IMG/VR virus record: IMGVR_UViG_3300025418_000694
Coordinates: 1 to 64,000 of that record
DNA: 64,000 nucleotides
From: a virus
Reading direction: 5' to 3' (one strand)
Shown: piece after piece, positions 9,801 to 19,261 of the stretch
Numbering within the stretch: position 1 is the stretch's first letter
How the letters are laid out: each line of letters begins with the position of its first letter
The notes under the pieces: model-generated
The model's database searches: none
Told to the model about the DNA's origin: nothing
What the model saw: the letters and a program-made list of their open reading frames with translations, nothing else
Program-made: the position numbers and the translations under genes

Positions 9801-11194
9801 ACTGCTGGTGTGGCAGAAGGTGCAGTTCCTGTGTAGTAAGAAAATACCAATGGTGATGTAACAGTTGCTACATATGCGTTACCATTTGGGGCAGTTCCTG
9901 AGGCTACTGTTGAACCAATAACAGCTATTTCATTACCAATATGTAAACCGTGTGGTTGGGTTGAAGGCATTGTTACTGTAACCATATTTGAAGAATAGGC
10001 AAAAGACGCAGGTGTTAAAGCAGCGTCTTTATAAACCGTTCCAAGAGCTACTAGAGTTTTGTTAGTATCAAAAATTGTTGTAGATGCCCAACCTGTTGGC
10101 GTAGAGCCTTTTGCTGAAAAGGTAAATGAGGATTCACTTGGTCGAGTTTCAATTGTATAGTTACCTGGAACTGATGGTGAGAAAGTATCAGCAATGTAGA
10201 TTGGCACACCGATTGCAGGGGCAACACCAGCTGTTACTGTTCCAGAACCAGATGATGCTGTATTTGCTGTAGTTGAGTTAGCAATAGTAAATGTAGTTGT
10301 TGTTGGGGTTGCAAGAATAATTGCAGGCTGTCCAGAAGTTGTATTGTAGTTAGTTGTAAAACCAGTAATTGTTACAAGTTGTCCAACTGTAAAGTTATGG
10401 GCTGCAGAAGTTGTATAGGTAGCAAGAGTTCCGTTACCAATTGCACTTGATGCAGTTGCTGTGGTGGTTGTAAGAGAAACAGTAATTGTCTTAGTTCCAG
10501 CAGCACCAGTTTGAATATCAGATACTGCTAGGGCGTTAAAGTTGAAGTTATATGCAAATGGGCGGTTATTAATAAGACTTAGATTTTCCCACTTAGATAC
10601 TTGTGGTCCATATTCAAAGTCTGTGTCAATAAGCGCCTGTGGGCTAGATGTACGGAACTTACCTACTGGGTCAGTTAGCTCTTCTGATGGTTCAAACTTT
10701 TCAGCAAATTGGTCGATAGTAATCTGCAACTTATCCGTTGCAGCCATGACTCCTGCAGTATTGTAGTTAAGAACAAGTGTTGTGTTTTCTGAAACAGACG
10801 CTAATCCACCTGATACCCATGTGCCAGTAACTGTGCTTGCTACTGTAAATGTGGTTGAGTTTGCAGATGTAATTGTTGCTGAAATGTTAAATGCTGTTGG
10901 AGTAGCACCTGTAATGGTTACAAATTGACCAGGAGAGAAAGTATTAGCTGCTGTGAATGTAACAGCAGAACCTGTTGTAGCAATAGCTGTGATTGGAGCT
11001 GTAAGGGCGTTTTCACCATACGCTGCATAAGAAGTTGCTAGAAGAGAAGCATCAGAAAAGTTATAGATAACCTTATTCTTGGTAACGTTGGTAATAAGTA
11101 CCAAGCGCTCTTGTGGGATGATGCGGGGAATGACAATAGTTTTTGAGGCTGGGGTAAAGACATATCCTGTCTCTAATAGAATCTTTCTTGCCAT
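6839..11194 (-). CDS. Large Thr/Ser-rich virion structural/fibre protein (1451 aa)
   Basis: LVLITNVTKNKVIYNF N-terminus; ALIDTDFEYG, RQTRRYFRYQSGKG, YSWYGAG motifs; repeated HGxxxGQxVTIxG beta modules. Confidence 0.8.
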   Translation of the reverse strand: MARKILLETGYVFTPASKTIVIPRIIPQERLVLITNVTKNKVIYNFSDASLLATSYAAYGENALTAPITAIATTGSAVTFTAANTFSPGQFVTITGATPTAFNISATITSANSTTFTVASTVTGTWVSGGLASVSENTTLVLNYNTAGVMAATDKLQITIDQFAEKFEPSEELTDPVGKFRTSSPQALIDTDFEYGPQVSKWENLSLINNRPFAYNFNFNALAVSDIQTGAAGTKTITVSLTTTTATASSAIGNGTLATYTTSAAHNFTVGQLVTITGFTTNYNTTSGQPAIILATPTTTTFTIANSTTANTASSGSGTVTAGVAPAIGVPIYIADTFSPSVPGNYTIETRPSESSFTFSAKGSTPTGWASTTIFDTNKTLVALGTVYKDAALTPASFAYSSNMVTVTMPSTQPHGLHIGNEIAVIGSTVASGTAPNGNAYVATVTSPLVFSYYTGTAPSATPAVSPTATTATGAVGSTFVTVASATSIVPGMTVTAAGIAAGTFVTYVQGTAIGLSQAVTTALTTTSITFNASIFVRSQAQVKHRAFDGGVFFSTNGTSNNTAQVRQTRRYFRYQSGKGIQISSGTILKPTYGIDSISYSSPYVTVQTKEPHGLQPGYSIAIYGANENGYNGTFPVASVTGLTSFTYVPTTAPTVTTASGNYYASVSNWNGASNRLGLFDQQNGVFFEYDGTTLYAVRRSSIFQTAGRVTVTNGSSTVSQTTTNYPTTFSKQLVPGDYIVLRGQSYRVIDIASDTSLTIQPSYRGTTATNVIVSKTIDTKIPQSAWNIDRVDGTGPSGYNIDLTKMQMFYMDYSWYGAGAVRWGFRGPKGNIVYVHKQANNNQNATAYMRSGNLSGRYESVTQPASTQLTASVGASDTTINVANTTGFYAPTSVSTSATGSSGANTLVVTSTTGIVSGMFATGTNLGAGAVVTAVNASTLTVTLSVNNGGAVSATITFQSYPGTAVIRGTGSSNTWEYINYTGLTSNTLTGVTRGQAGASAVTTTMAVGSNVATVGSTAGLQVGMRAISPYLADGTKIEFISGTTTLILSSSPTVANPTIWFPAMGYTTGTLGTTSGTAVTAGQAFTYSSTNPTAVEQAFPTFGPSISHWGTSVIMDGRFDDDKSLLFTYGQTTPTSLGGTTAVSTTLVQATTGSVVATAGAATGIVPGQQVTGTGIPNGTYVVAISGTTVTLSQATTATLTGNYSFSGATSKALFSIRIAPSVDNGFSAAFGLRELLNKMQLQTKALDISLLNTTTGNVLVQAYLNGTPYNYVGNNATATGSASASTTVTLTGNTGTVAVGMSVQGAGVTAGTTVTAVASQSSITVSNSLTLSSVPLVFLAPGSTSWTNSVRNAANTPNSSLAQIADYAGNSYSVQGGEVTGGFFVSSTGTSDISQVRDLGNAVLGGGTAVSNTGVYPDGPDTLTIVVTNVSTSTASVLGRISWTEAQA

Positions 11195-11197
11195 GCT

Positions 11198-14100
11198 CTA
11201 AAACGCTCCTAACAATAAATCCGTTGGGGAGAACGGATAAGTTGTGGTTACTGTTGGTGTATCTGTTCCCGCCATAATTCTTCCGCTGAACTGTGAACCT
11301 GCTGGAACTGATTCAGAGAAAGCAATATAACCATCATCATCTACCCTAAAACCATCCCAAGGTAGTGGGGAGTCCCACACTACTGAGGAATAATTTACTG
11401 TTTGAACTATACCATTTATAGTGACTAAAAGTCTCAATGGATTGGTAATAGTTTGTTTGGCACCTTGATAGGTGGGTATAAATCGGTTTTCGACTCCATC
11501 AAAGCTATATTGAAGGTTGTCTAATGGGGTGACTTGTGTCGTGCTGGTATCTAATGAGCCATCGCCTTTAACAAATTGGGAAGACGTTCCTCCAGAAGTA
11601 ATATAAGAAGTAGCCGTTAAGTTACCCCTAGAGTCAATTTTTGCTAATGGCGTACCGCTTGAGTTTTGCCATTCAGTAAGGTTGGCAGTTTGGGAAGCAT
11701 TTGCTTGAACCACTATTGGGGTAATAGCGGCAGTTGGGGCAACGACAGAAACAACTGCTGATATTTGAGCGGTTCCGCCAGTACCAGCAACGTTGGTAAA
11801 TCCTGAACCTACTACGGTAAAGGTGGTAGATGTTGCGGCAGTCACTATCCAAGTACCATTGTAAGTACCGCCAGTAACACCAGCGATAGTTACTTTTTGC
11901 CCGACTTGAATTAACGATGTTCCGCCATAGGTAAAGACGGCAACTGTGGCAGAGGTATAAGCAGCGGATGAAATAGCAGTTGTAATAGAACCAACTACTG
12001 CTGTTGTGTTACCAGCAAATAATTGACCCGCTGCGTTAAATCCTGAAATGACTGTACCAGAACCGTTTTGGTTTTGAAGCATATCTCCGCTTTGGGCAGA
12101 ACTTGACCTAAGCGCCATAATTATACTTGTTGAACCGTTTGGACCAAAATTATTTCTTGCACCATAAGGCGCAGTAGTTCCGCCGTAAATTCCATAAAGA
12201 GTTTTTAAGATACCAAACTGGTCAACAGTTAATGCGTAAGAAGTTCCTGCTTGCGTAAAGGAAGCCATATTTGCATTAGAGCCATTTGGTATAGTTGCAG
12301 TTAATGGCACTACTCCAGTAGCGGTAGGGGCTATTGTGTTACCTGCTGTAAAGGTATTCGTTGTAGCCAATTCAGGCACAACGGTTGTATCTACAATCAG
12401 GTTACTTGCTGAAGTAGTAAGCCCTGTGCCAACATTGAGTGCAATTGTTGACACACCATCGTATGTAATTGGGGCTGTTGCTGTTGCTATACCAGTCGTA
12501 CCAATTGTGCCTTGGTTACCTTGTATTCCCTGTGTGCCTTGAAGCCCCTGAAGACCTTGTGTACCTTGGTTTCCTTGAGTACCTTGAATACCTTGTGTAC
12601 CTTGCGGCCCTTGAATACCCTGCGTACCTTGAGTACCTTGTACTTGTATTCCTTGCGTACCTTGAACGCCTTGCGTTCCTTGTAAACCTTGTAATCCCTG
12701 AGTACCTTGAGTACCAGTAGTTCCTTGTGAACCTGTAAATCCTTGTAAACCAATAAGTCCCTGTAGACCTACAAAACCTTGGGTACCAGTAGCGCCTTGA
12801 ATTCCTGTAAGTCCTTGAGAACCAGTTGTACCTTGAGCACCATTAGCTCCATTAGTACCTGCAGTTCCCTGTGTACCTGTAAAACCTTGTAGTCCAGTTG
12901 TTCCTTGGTTGCCTTGAAGACCTTGTAAACCAGTAAGGCCCTGTAAACCATTTGTTCCTTGAGTTCCTTGAATACCTGTAGAACCTGTAATTCCTTGCGC
13001 GCCTGTCGTTCCCTGCGCTCCTGTAGAACCTGTTGTTCCAATTGCGCCCTGAGTTCCAACTGCACCTTGAATTCCTGTAGTGCCTTGGATTCCTTGTGCG
13101 CCCGTAGCTCCTGTTGAGCCTTGTGTTCCTTGTGGACCGATACCACCAGTTTGAGCAAAGGTAATAGCATCTGTACCAATGATAATCCAGCCGTTAGATT
13201 GGCTACCTACTGAGTTTTCAATCCAGTTAGTACTTGATTGCGTTGTACCAGCAACTACATAAAGAAAATCGCCGTACTCGACTTCGCCATTAACAGAGTT
13301 GTTGTAATCTGATGCGCGAGTGAGGATATAGGGAGTTGGACCTGAACCTTGTTGAGTAATTACATAAATACCATTTTGTGTTGTAGTAGTTTGATTCTTA
13401 ACAAGTACGCGGTCATTAGTAGTAAATGAAACACCATCAACTGAACCACGACCATTGCTAGTAGCAGTAAGAGTTGCGCCTACGCCATAACCACCATCAG
13501 CACCTAAAGTACCTGCGGTGTAAGTAGCAGCAAGATTGGCAGTTGTAGCCATACGAGCAGAAGCGTGTGCGTTGTTAGAAGCTAATGGGCCGACTAATCC
13601 CTGAACGCCTTGTGTACCTTGAACGCCAAAAGAGCCTTGTATTCCTGTATTTCCTTGAATACCCTGAGTGCCTGTACCAGTAATTCCTTGAATACCAGTA
13701 GTTCCTTGGGTACCTTGGACGCCTTGCGTTCCCTGATTTCCCTGCAGACCTTGTAGACCTATTAATCCTTGTAAACCTGTTGTTCCTTGATTACCTTGAA
13801 TCCCTTGTAAACCTGTTGTTCCTTGATTACCTTGAATCCCTTGGTTACCTTGAACTCCTTGAGTACCTTGGATACCTTGCGTCCCCTGTAATCCAACAAG
13901 ACCTTGCGTACCAGTCGCACCCTGCATACCTGTAGTGCCTTGTGTACCAGTGCTTCCTTGTAAACCTAAGAATCCTTGAGTACCCTGCGCGCCCTGTATA
14001 CCAGTTGTTCCTTGAGGACCCTGAACTCCTTGTACTCCCTGCAGACCTTGAATACCCTGGGTACCTTGTGGACCTTGAATGCCCTGAGTTCCCTGAGGTC

Positions 14101-15586
14101 CTTGAACTCCTTGCGTACCTTGCAAACCACTTACGTTAAATGTCCAAGCAGCAAATGTTCCAGAACCACCAGTTCCAGTTACGTTTACAGTAATGCTTGA
14201 ATCAGTTGTTAAGGCGGTAATCTGACCAAACATAAAGTTAGTTGGCGTGCCTGTGTTAGTAACAACAACATATTGACCAACTGTATAAGCGCCAGAATTT
14301 GTAACAGTAAATGCTTTAGAGCCAGTACCAATTAAAAATGATGTAGCAGAAGTTACTCCAATAAATGAACGGCCTTGGATACCCTGAGTTCCTTGAACTC
14401 CTTGAATACCCTGCGTACCTTGTGGTCCTTGGATACCTTGTATACCTGTAGTGCCTTGAGGCCCTTGAATACCTTGTGTACCTTGCACTCCTTGAAGTCC
14501 TTGAATGCCTTGAATACCTTGAGTTCCTTGCGGTCCTTGAATTCCTTGAGTTCCCTGTGGACCTTGTAAGCCTTGAACACCAGCAGTTGAGAATGTCCAT
14601 TGTGAGTAAGTACCAGAACCACCAGTAAGAATAGAGTTAACAGTAATACTGGAATCTAATGTTATTGCGGTGATAATGCCTTCAACCCAGTTTGAAAGCC
14701 CTGGGGTGTTAGAGACACGTACTGTTTGACCTAAACCAAAAGCGCCTGAATTAGTTACGTTAAATGTTAGAGAGCCAGTTGTAACCGCGTTAGGTGTAGG
14801 TGAAGTTACTCCTAGATATGAACGGCCTTGAATGCCCTGTGTGCCTTGCACACCTTGTGTTCCCTGTGTTCCTTGAACACCTTGCAGCCCTTGAGTACCT
14901 TGGGTTCCCTGTGGTCCCTGAACGCCCTGTATACCCTGCGTACCTTGTGGTCCCTGTAAACCTTGCGTGCCCTGAGTTCCCTGTAAACCCTGAGTTCCTT
15001 GCACACCTTGTAGCCCTTGTGTGCCTTGCGTACCTTGTGGACCTTGGATAATTCCAACGTTAACCCAAGCTCCACCTTCCCATACATACAGGTATGGGTC
15101 AACAATATAACCATCACCATTATTACCTGTTGGATGCGCAGCAACTAAAGCGGCATACGTTGGGTATGAACCAAGGATTACTACAGATGTACCAGCGTTA
15201 CCTTGTATTGAAAGTCCCTGCGTACCTTGTGTACCAGTCTTTCCCTGCGCACCCGTATAACCCTGAACACCATTATGTCCAGAAGAACCTTGTAGGCCAT
15301 AAAAACCTTGGATACCTTGTAAGCCTTGAGTACCTTGTGCTTGGTTAAAACCGCCGCCCTGTAAACCTTGAGAACCTTGTACACCTTGACCTGCGTATTG
15401 TCCATGAATACCTTGGGTGCCTTGACCGCCCTGAACACCCTGTACTCCCTGTATTCCTTGCGTGCTAAATCCAGGAAGTCCGCCTGTTTGTGTTGAAGGG
15501 ATTACGTTAACAACTACTGGGGCAGGAGTGACTACTTGGATAGCGCATTGGCATGGCCAGTTATTACAAGAGTGACAGTAACTCAA
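11198..15586 (-). CDS. Collagen-like tail fibre/whisker protein (1462 aa)
   Basis: Long (G-X-Q)n tracts interrupted by globular domains; DRVLVKNQT..QNGIY fibre motif. Confidence 0.85.
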   Translation of the reverse strand: MSYCHSCNNWPCQCAIQVVTPAPVVVNVIPSTQTGGLPGFSTQGIQGVQGVQGGQGTQGIHGQYAGQGVQGSQGLQGGGFNQAQGTQGLQGIQGFYGLQGSSGHNGVQGYTGAQGKTGTQGTQGLSIQGNAGTSVVILGSYPTYAALVAAHPTGNNGDGYIVDPYLYVWEGGAWVNVGIIQGPQGTQGTQGLQGVQGTQGLQGTQGTQGLQGPQGTQGIQGVQGPQGTQGTQGLQGVQGTQGTQGVQGTQGIQGRSYLGVTSPTPNAVTTGSLTFNVTNSGAFGLGQTVRVSNTPGLSNWVEGIITAITLDSSITVNSILTGGSGTYSQWTFSTAGVQGLQGPQGTQGIQGPQGTQGIQGIQGLQGVQGTQGIQGPQGTTGIQGIQGPQGTQGIQGVQGTQGIQGRSFIGVTSATSFLIGTGSKAFTVTNSGAYTVGQYVVVTNTGTPTNFMFGQITALTTDSSITVNVTGTGGSGTFAAWTFNVSGLQGTQGVQGPQGTQGIQGPQGTQGIQGLQGVQGVQGPQGTTGIQGAQGTQGFLGLQGSTGTQGTTGMQGATGTQGLVGLQGTQGIQGTQGVQGNQGIQGNQGTTGLQGIQGNQGTTGLQGLIGLQGLQGNQGTQGVQGTQGTTGIQGITGTGTQGIQGNTGIQGSFGVQGTQGVQGLVGPLASNNAHASARMATTANLAATYTAGTLGADGGYGVGATLTATSNGRGSVDGVSFTTNDRVLVKNQTTTTQNGIYVITQQGSGPTPYILTRASDYNNSVNGEVEYGDFLYVVAGTTQSSTNWIENSVGSQSNGWIIIGTDAITFAQTGGIGPQGTQGSTGATGAQGIQGTTGIQGAVGTQGAIGTTGSTGAQGTTGAQGITGSTGIQGTQGTNGLQGLTGLQGLQGNQGTTGLQGFTGTQGTAGTNGANGAQGTTGSQGLTGIQGATGTQGFVGLQGLIGLQGFTGSQGTTGTQGTQGLQGLQGTQGVQGTQGIQVQGTQGTQGIQGPQGTQGIQGTQGNQGTQGLQGLQGTQGIQGNQGTIGTTGIATATAPITYDGVSTIALNVGTGLTTSASNLIVDTTVVPELATTNTFTAGNTIAPTATGVVPLTATIPNGSNANMASFTQAGTSYALTVDQFGILKTLYGIYGGTTAPYGARNNFGPNGSTSIIMALRSSSAQSGDMLQNQNGSGTVISGFNAAGQLFAGNTTAVVGSITTAISSAAYTSATVAVFTYGGTSLIQVGQKVTIAGVTGGTYNGTWIVTAATSTTFTVVGSGFTNVAGTGGTAQISAVVSVVAPTAAITPIVVQANASQTANLTEWQNSSGTPLAKIDSRGNLTATSYITSGGTSSQFVKGDGSLDTSTTQVTPLDNLQYSFDGVENRFIPTYQGAKQTITNPLRLLVTINGIVQTVNYSSVVWDSPLPWDGFRVDDDGYIAFSESVPAGSQFSGRIMAGTDTPTVTTTYPFSPTDLLLGAF
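12500..15460 (-). repeat. Coding 9-bp-period collagen repeats (G-X-Q)
   Basis: (ccttg/ccctg)N4 tandem pattern on the plus strand, in several blocks. Confidence 0.9.
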
Positions 15587-15589
15587 TTG

Positions 15590-16678
15590 TTACCAGCTTC
15601 CGTTTAGCGCACCTGAAGAGTTAGTTACAGCTTGGGTAACAAAGGTTTGACCCTTAACGTAAGTAACGGCTACTTCGGTGTTTGCAATCTCTGTTGCTAG
15701 TAGGTCCCAGAATCCACGTACAGGCAGGTACTGAGTGCCATCAACATTAAGCGATAGCTGTACCTTACTGAGTGTTGAAGATGTAGATAGGAGGGTAACT
15801 GTAAAATTAGCGTATACGGAAGGTGCATTTGGATAGGTACGAATCTGCGCAGCCCAGGTAAACAAAGAAGCATCAAATGGGAAATCAAACTCTACAGAGA
15901 AGCTGTTTCCTTGGGTAATAACTAAATCGTAGTTTTGAGCTGTTGAAGGCAATGGGCTACGTCCAGTCAAGTTATTGGTTATGTAAACTCTTTCTGGCTT
16001 ACGGGCATCGTCAACCTCTTGAGTTACATAGACAGGTACGTACTTATTAGTTGTACGTGAAGTACGGATAAGCGTACCCATTTCAATCTTCCATAGACCA
16101 ACGTTAAGCTGGGCACAGAGGGTCTTATATTGCTCCCAACGCTGTTGAATAATAGATGTGAGCTGGCGGTAACGCTCAGAGCGAGGAATATTTACTCCAT
16201 CTGGCGCCTGAATATCGATATCAAAAGCAGAGTCTGTGGCAAGAGCCCATAGAGCCTCAATGGTTGCAAGGATAGCAACTGGATACTCTTCTACAGGAGG
16301 GATACTGGCAATAGTAACTAGAGACCCGTAAGAATCAACGCGGTTATAGGTATGCTGGTTTACAGCATCGTTAATAAAGTTACAGAGTTCAGAGTCTAGG
16401 AAATAACGGTCTTGAAGACCTGTTACTGCAATAGTAGAGCCGCTAACAGGGGCGGTTGCAAAGGTAATAATGCCTGTGTCTTCTTCAACTGTATAGCCGT
16501 AAGGGTACCCAATAGGATTGCTGTTAATTGTTACATAGAGGTTAGCGGTCTCGATAGGCTTAATCCCAGTGGGAAATACGGTGGTAGTTCCGTCACCAGC
16601 AGTAGTAAAACTAAAATTCTTTTGTAAATCGCCTAGTTCTAGACGGACTCTAGAGAGTATGTCAGACAGAACGGCCAC
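15590..16678 (-). CDS. Virion structural protein, probable head-tail adaptor
   Basis: Lies downstream of the capsid gene; LSRVRLELGD N-terminus and a BppU-like C-terminal region (YDLVITQGNSF). Confidence 0.6.
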   Translation of the reverse strand: MAVLSDILSRVRLELGDLQKNFSFTTAGDGTTTVFPTGIKPIETANLYVTINSNPIGYPYGYTVEEDTGIITFATAPVSGSTIAVTGLQDRYFLDSELCNFINDAVNQHTYNRVDSYGSLVTIASIPPVEEYPVAILATIEALWALATDSAFDIDIQAPDGVNIPRSERYRQLTSIIQQRWEQYKTLCAQLNVGLWKIEMGTLIRTSRTTNKYVPVYVTQEVDDARKPERVYITNNLTGRSPLPSTAQNYDLVITQGNSFSVEFDFPFDASLFTWAAQIRTYPNAPSVYANFTVTLLSTSSTLSKVQLSLNVDGTQYLPVRGFWDLLATEIANTEVAVTYVKGQTFVTQAVTNSSGALNGSW

Positions 16679-16785
16679 AGAAACTCCCTACACTTGATAA
16701 ATCTAATGATGGCGTATTACTTCTTAAAAATCTCTACAAACGAAGAAGGCGCCCCGAAAGGCGCCCACTTCTAACAGGTAATCTT

Positions 16786-17154
16786 TTAGATAACGCCTGC
16801 TAAGTAACCCTTTTCCTTAAGGTGTTCAGCTACATGCTTAGTAACTTTGTATTTAACTCCAGCTTTAAAGCTGTAGTTATTTCCCTTACCAAGAGTCATG
16901 TTGTCAATATCTTGAACTACACGGATCTCTACAGTAGAGTCATCAGTGCTTCCGACCGTTACAGGGTCATCTACAATAACTGTCTGACGACTAGGCTTAG
17001 TAGCGTCAATTACATTTGTCTCTAGGTCAACTCTTGCTTGAGCTGTTGCCATAGACATTTGATTAGCGGCATCCTGCTGAGCTTCAATAGCTTGTTCTTG
17101 TAGCTGCTCGCGGACACGACCTGTTACATCAGTGGGCTTTGACTTTGTTGCCAT
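16786..17154 (-). CDS. Conserved hypothetical, capsid-associated
   Basis: GGAGAA RBS; directly after the major capsid gene. Confidence 0.7.
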   Translation of the reverse strand: MATKSKPTDVTGRVREQLQEQAIEAQQDAANQMSMATAQARVDLETNVIDATKPSRQTVIVDDPVTVGSTDDSTVEIRVVQDIDNMTLGKGNNYSFKAGVKYKVTKHVAEHLKEKGYLAGVI

Positions 17155-17182
17155 TAGTATTCTCCAATTTAATATCTCGTTA

Positions 17183-17210
17183 GAATAAGGCGGGAGCCGA
17201 AACTCCCGCC
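17183..17210 (-). terminator. Hairpin after the major capsid gene
   Basis: GGCGGGAG/CTCCCGCC stem with a T-rich tail on the minus strand. Confidence 0.6.
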
Positions 17211-17231
17211 CTTTAAGCTATTTAGTTTTTA

Positions 17232-18305
17232 TTAGTTGGTCTCGAGGATAACAACAGATTGGTCTGTGATTAGGCCAAGTCCGAAGATTGAGTACCAAGC
17301 AAGTGCATGCTCACGACCGAAGTCTAGAATACCGCCATCGCGGAGTTCGACTGGAAGAGAGATAGCGTGACCGAATGCGTTATCACCGATCATGATACCT
17401 GCATAACGATCTGAAGCACCGTTACCTGTGTAGGTAGCTGGTGTTGTGTATCCTCCACCAGGTACTACAACTGGTGAAGCTACTGCTGTGTCGGTTGTGT
17501 AACCTGAACCAGCACCACCAGTGACCTTAAGGACCTGTGTGGTTTCGATGAAGACTACATCGTACAAACGTCCGATTTCACCGAGCATGAAGTTTCCTGG
17601 AGCAGCATACTTTGTGACTTCAATGAATTCTGGGTTGTCACGTAGTGTACGGCTTTGGTGTGGGTGAACGAAGCAGACGTAGGTCTCGCCCAACCTTGGG
17701 ATGTTCTTGGTTGCGAGGGTCTCTACAGTGTCCTTGATAACGTGTGGTGTTAGGTATGAAGAACCTGTCATAGACGCACGTGATGTTGCGAAGGTTCCAT
17801 ATCCGTACCAGTTGTTAACTGCTGAAGAGACAGATGAGCGGTCTTCACCATAAAGAGTAGAAGAAGCTGCGTATAGTGTGTCGCGTGAAAGCTGATCTAG
17901 GTAGATAGCCATGTTACGACCGAGAAGACGTGAGGCTGAAGCCATTACGTCATCGAATGAAGCGTTCAATAGAAGCTCAGAAACAGCAAGAGCATAACCA
18001 TGCTCTGTTACTGTGATTGAGAACTGTTGAGCTGTAAGTGCGTTAGTTTGCATACGGACACCTTCAACAAGAGGTGAAGCGAATCCGAGGTTGTTGTAAC
18101 GCATGAAGTTGATTTGTAGTCCTGGTGCAACACCTAGTTCAGTCTTCTTGACTGCAAATTGCTCAAAGCGAAGGATAGGCATAGCCTGGAACAAGATTTC
18201 CTTGGACCAGATTGTCTGAATCGCTTGAGTCAATTGGGTGTTTGTACCAGAGTACGCTGTTGGGGCTGCGGCTAGATTGCCTGTACCTGTGATACCTGAT
18301 GCCAT
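17232..18305 (-). CDS. Major capsid protein (N4-gp56 family, HK97 fold)
   Basis: PLVEGV, YVCFVHPHQSRTLR, GEIGRLYDVVFIET motifs; follows scaffold and portal; strong AAGGAG. Confidence 0.9.
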   Translation of the reverse strand: MASGITGTGNLAAAPTAYSGTNTQLTQAIQTIWSKEILFQAMPILRFEQFAVKKTELGVAPGLQINFMRYNNLGFASPLVEGVRMQTNALTAQQFSITVTEHGYALAVSELLLNASFDDVMASASRLLGRNMAIYLDQLSRDTLYAASSTLYGEDRSSVSSAVNNWYGYGTFATSRASMTGSSYLTPHVIKDTVETLATKNIPRLGETYVCFVHPHQSRTLRDNPEFIEVTKYAAPGNFMLGEIGRLYDVVFIETTQVLKVTGGAGSGYTTDTAVASPVVVPGGGYTTPATYTGNGASDRYAGIMIGDNAFGHAISLPVELRDGGILDFGREHALAWYSIFGLGLITDQSVVILETN

Positions 18306-18346
18306 TTGGCTTTGACTCCTTGATAGTAGTTTTTAGTTATTAAGTT

Positions 18347-19135
18347 TTATCCCAGAATTCCGCTGGTCTTGCCCTGAGCTTTAGCGCTCAAGATTTGACT
18401 GCGGACTTTTGCGTATTCATTCATCGGCATTGCTGCAATATCTGCAGCAGTAAACTGACGTGATTCCGAATTGATCTCCATTGGTCCAACGCCTGGCAAG
18501 GTTGCCCTAACGCCTGGCATATCTCTGCGCTGTTGCTGTAAAGCAGACTGCGCATCTGACAAAATACTGTTAGATCGCTCAACCAAACTCGCAACACTTT
18601 CATTGATTTCTTCAGCAGTATTTCCCTGAACATAATCAATTAATTGCGGAATGATATTTTCGCGGTTCTGTTCAACAGCTTGTTGACGGTAAGCCTGCAA
18701 ATCTGCAAACTTTCTTTCTTGCTCCAGAAGAGCGAAGGCCGCTTCGCGTTCTTGACGCTCACGAGCCAACTGCTCTCGCAACTCTTCAGCTGTAGCTTTT
18801 GCGAAGTCCTTGGCGTCCAAGTTCTCCTCTTGCTTAGCTTTTTCTTCAGCTGCTCTGGCTTCCGCCTCGGCTGCTTCACGAGTTGCTTTTTCTTCTCGTT
18901 CCTTTTTGATAACAGATAGTTCTTCCTTCAATCTTTCGATTTCTGGATACAACTTATCCTTCTCTTGCGAACGAACTTTTGCTAGATCATCTTCAGTATA
19001 AAACTTAGATGACTTAGCTGAGTCATTCGCACCAGGAGTAACAGTAGGCGCGTCAACGCCCGACACATTTACAACTGGAGCTGTATTAGCTTCTGCTTCA
19101 AAAGCAGATGCCATTTGTTCTGCAGTATCTGACAT
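18347..19135 (-). CDS. Capsid scaffolding protein
   Basis: E/K/A-rich coiled coil between portal and capsid; C-terminal DIAAMPMNEYAKVR. Confidence 0.8.
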   Translation of the reverse strand: MSDTAEQMASAFEAEANTAPVVNVSGVDAPTVTPGANDSAKSSKFYTEDDLAKVRSQEKDKLYPEIERLKEELSVIKKEREEKATREAAEAEARAAEEKAKQEENLDAKDFAKATAEELREQLARERQEREAAFALLEQERKFADLQAYRQQAVEQNRENIIPQLIDYVQGNTAEEINESVASLVERSNSILSDAQSALQQQRRDMPGVRATLPGVGPMEINSESRQFTAADIAAMPMNEYAKVRSQILSAKAQGKTSGILG

Positions 19136-19261
19136 GCTTATATCCTTTGATTCTAGGGGTCGTTTTCCAAATGAGCCGAAGCCCGTATCACATGTGACCT
19201 AACGGTTGTATTGCAGTATTTATTTTGACAATAGATTGCTCAATTGTCTGTATAAATCACT

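Noticed and set aside
12336-15438. Many alternative-frame and antisense ORFs over the collagen gene
   Set aside because: Artefacts of the 9-bp coding periodicity
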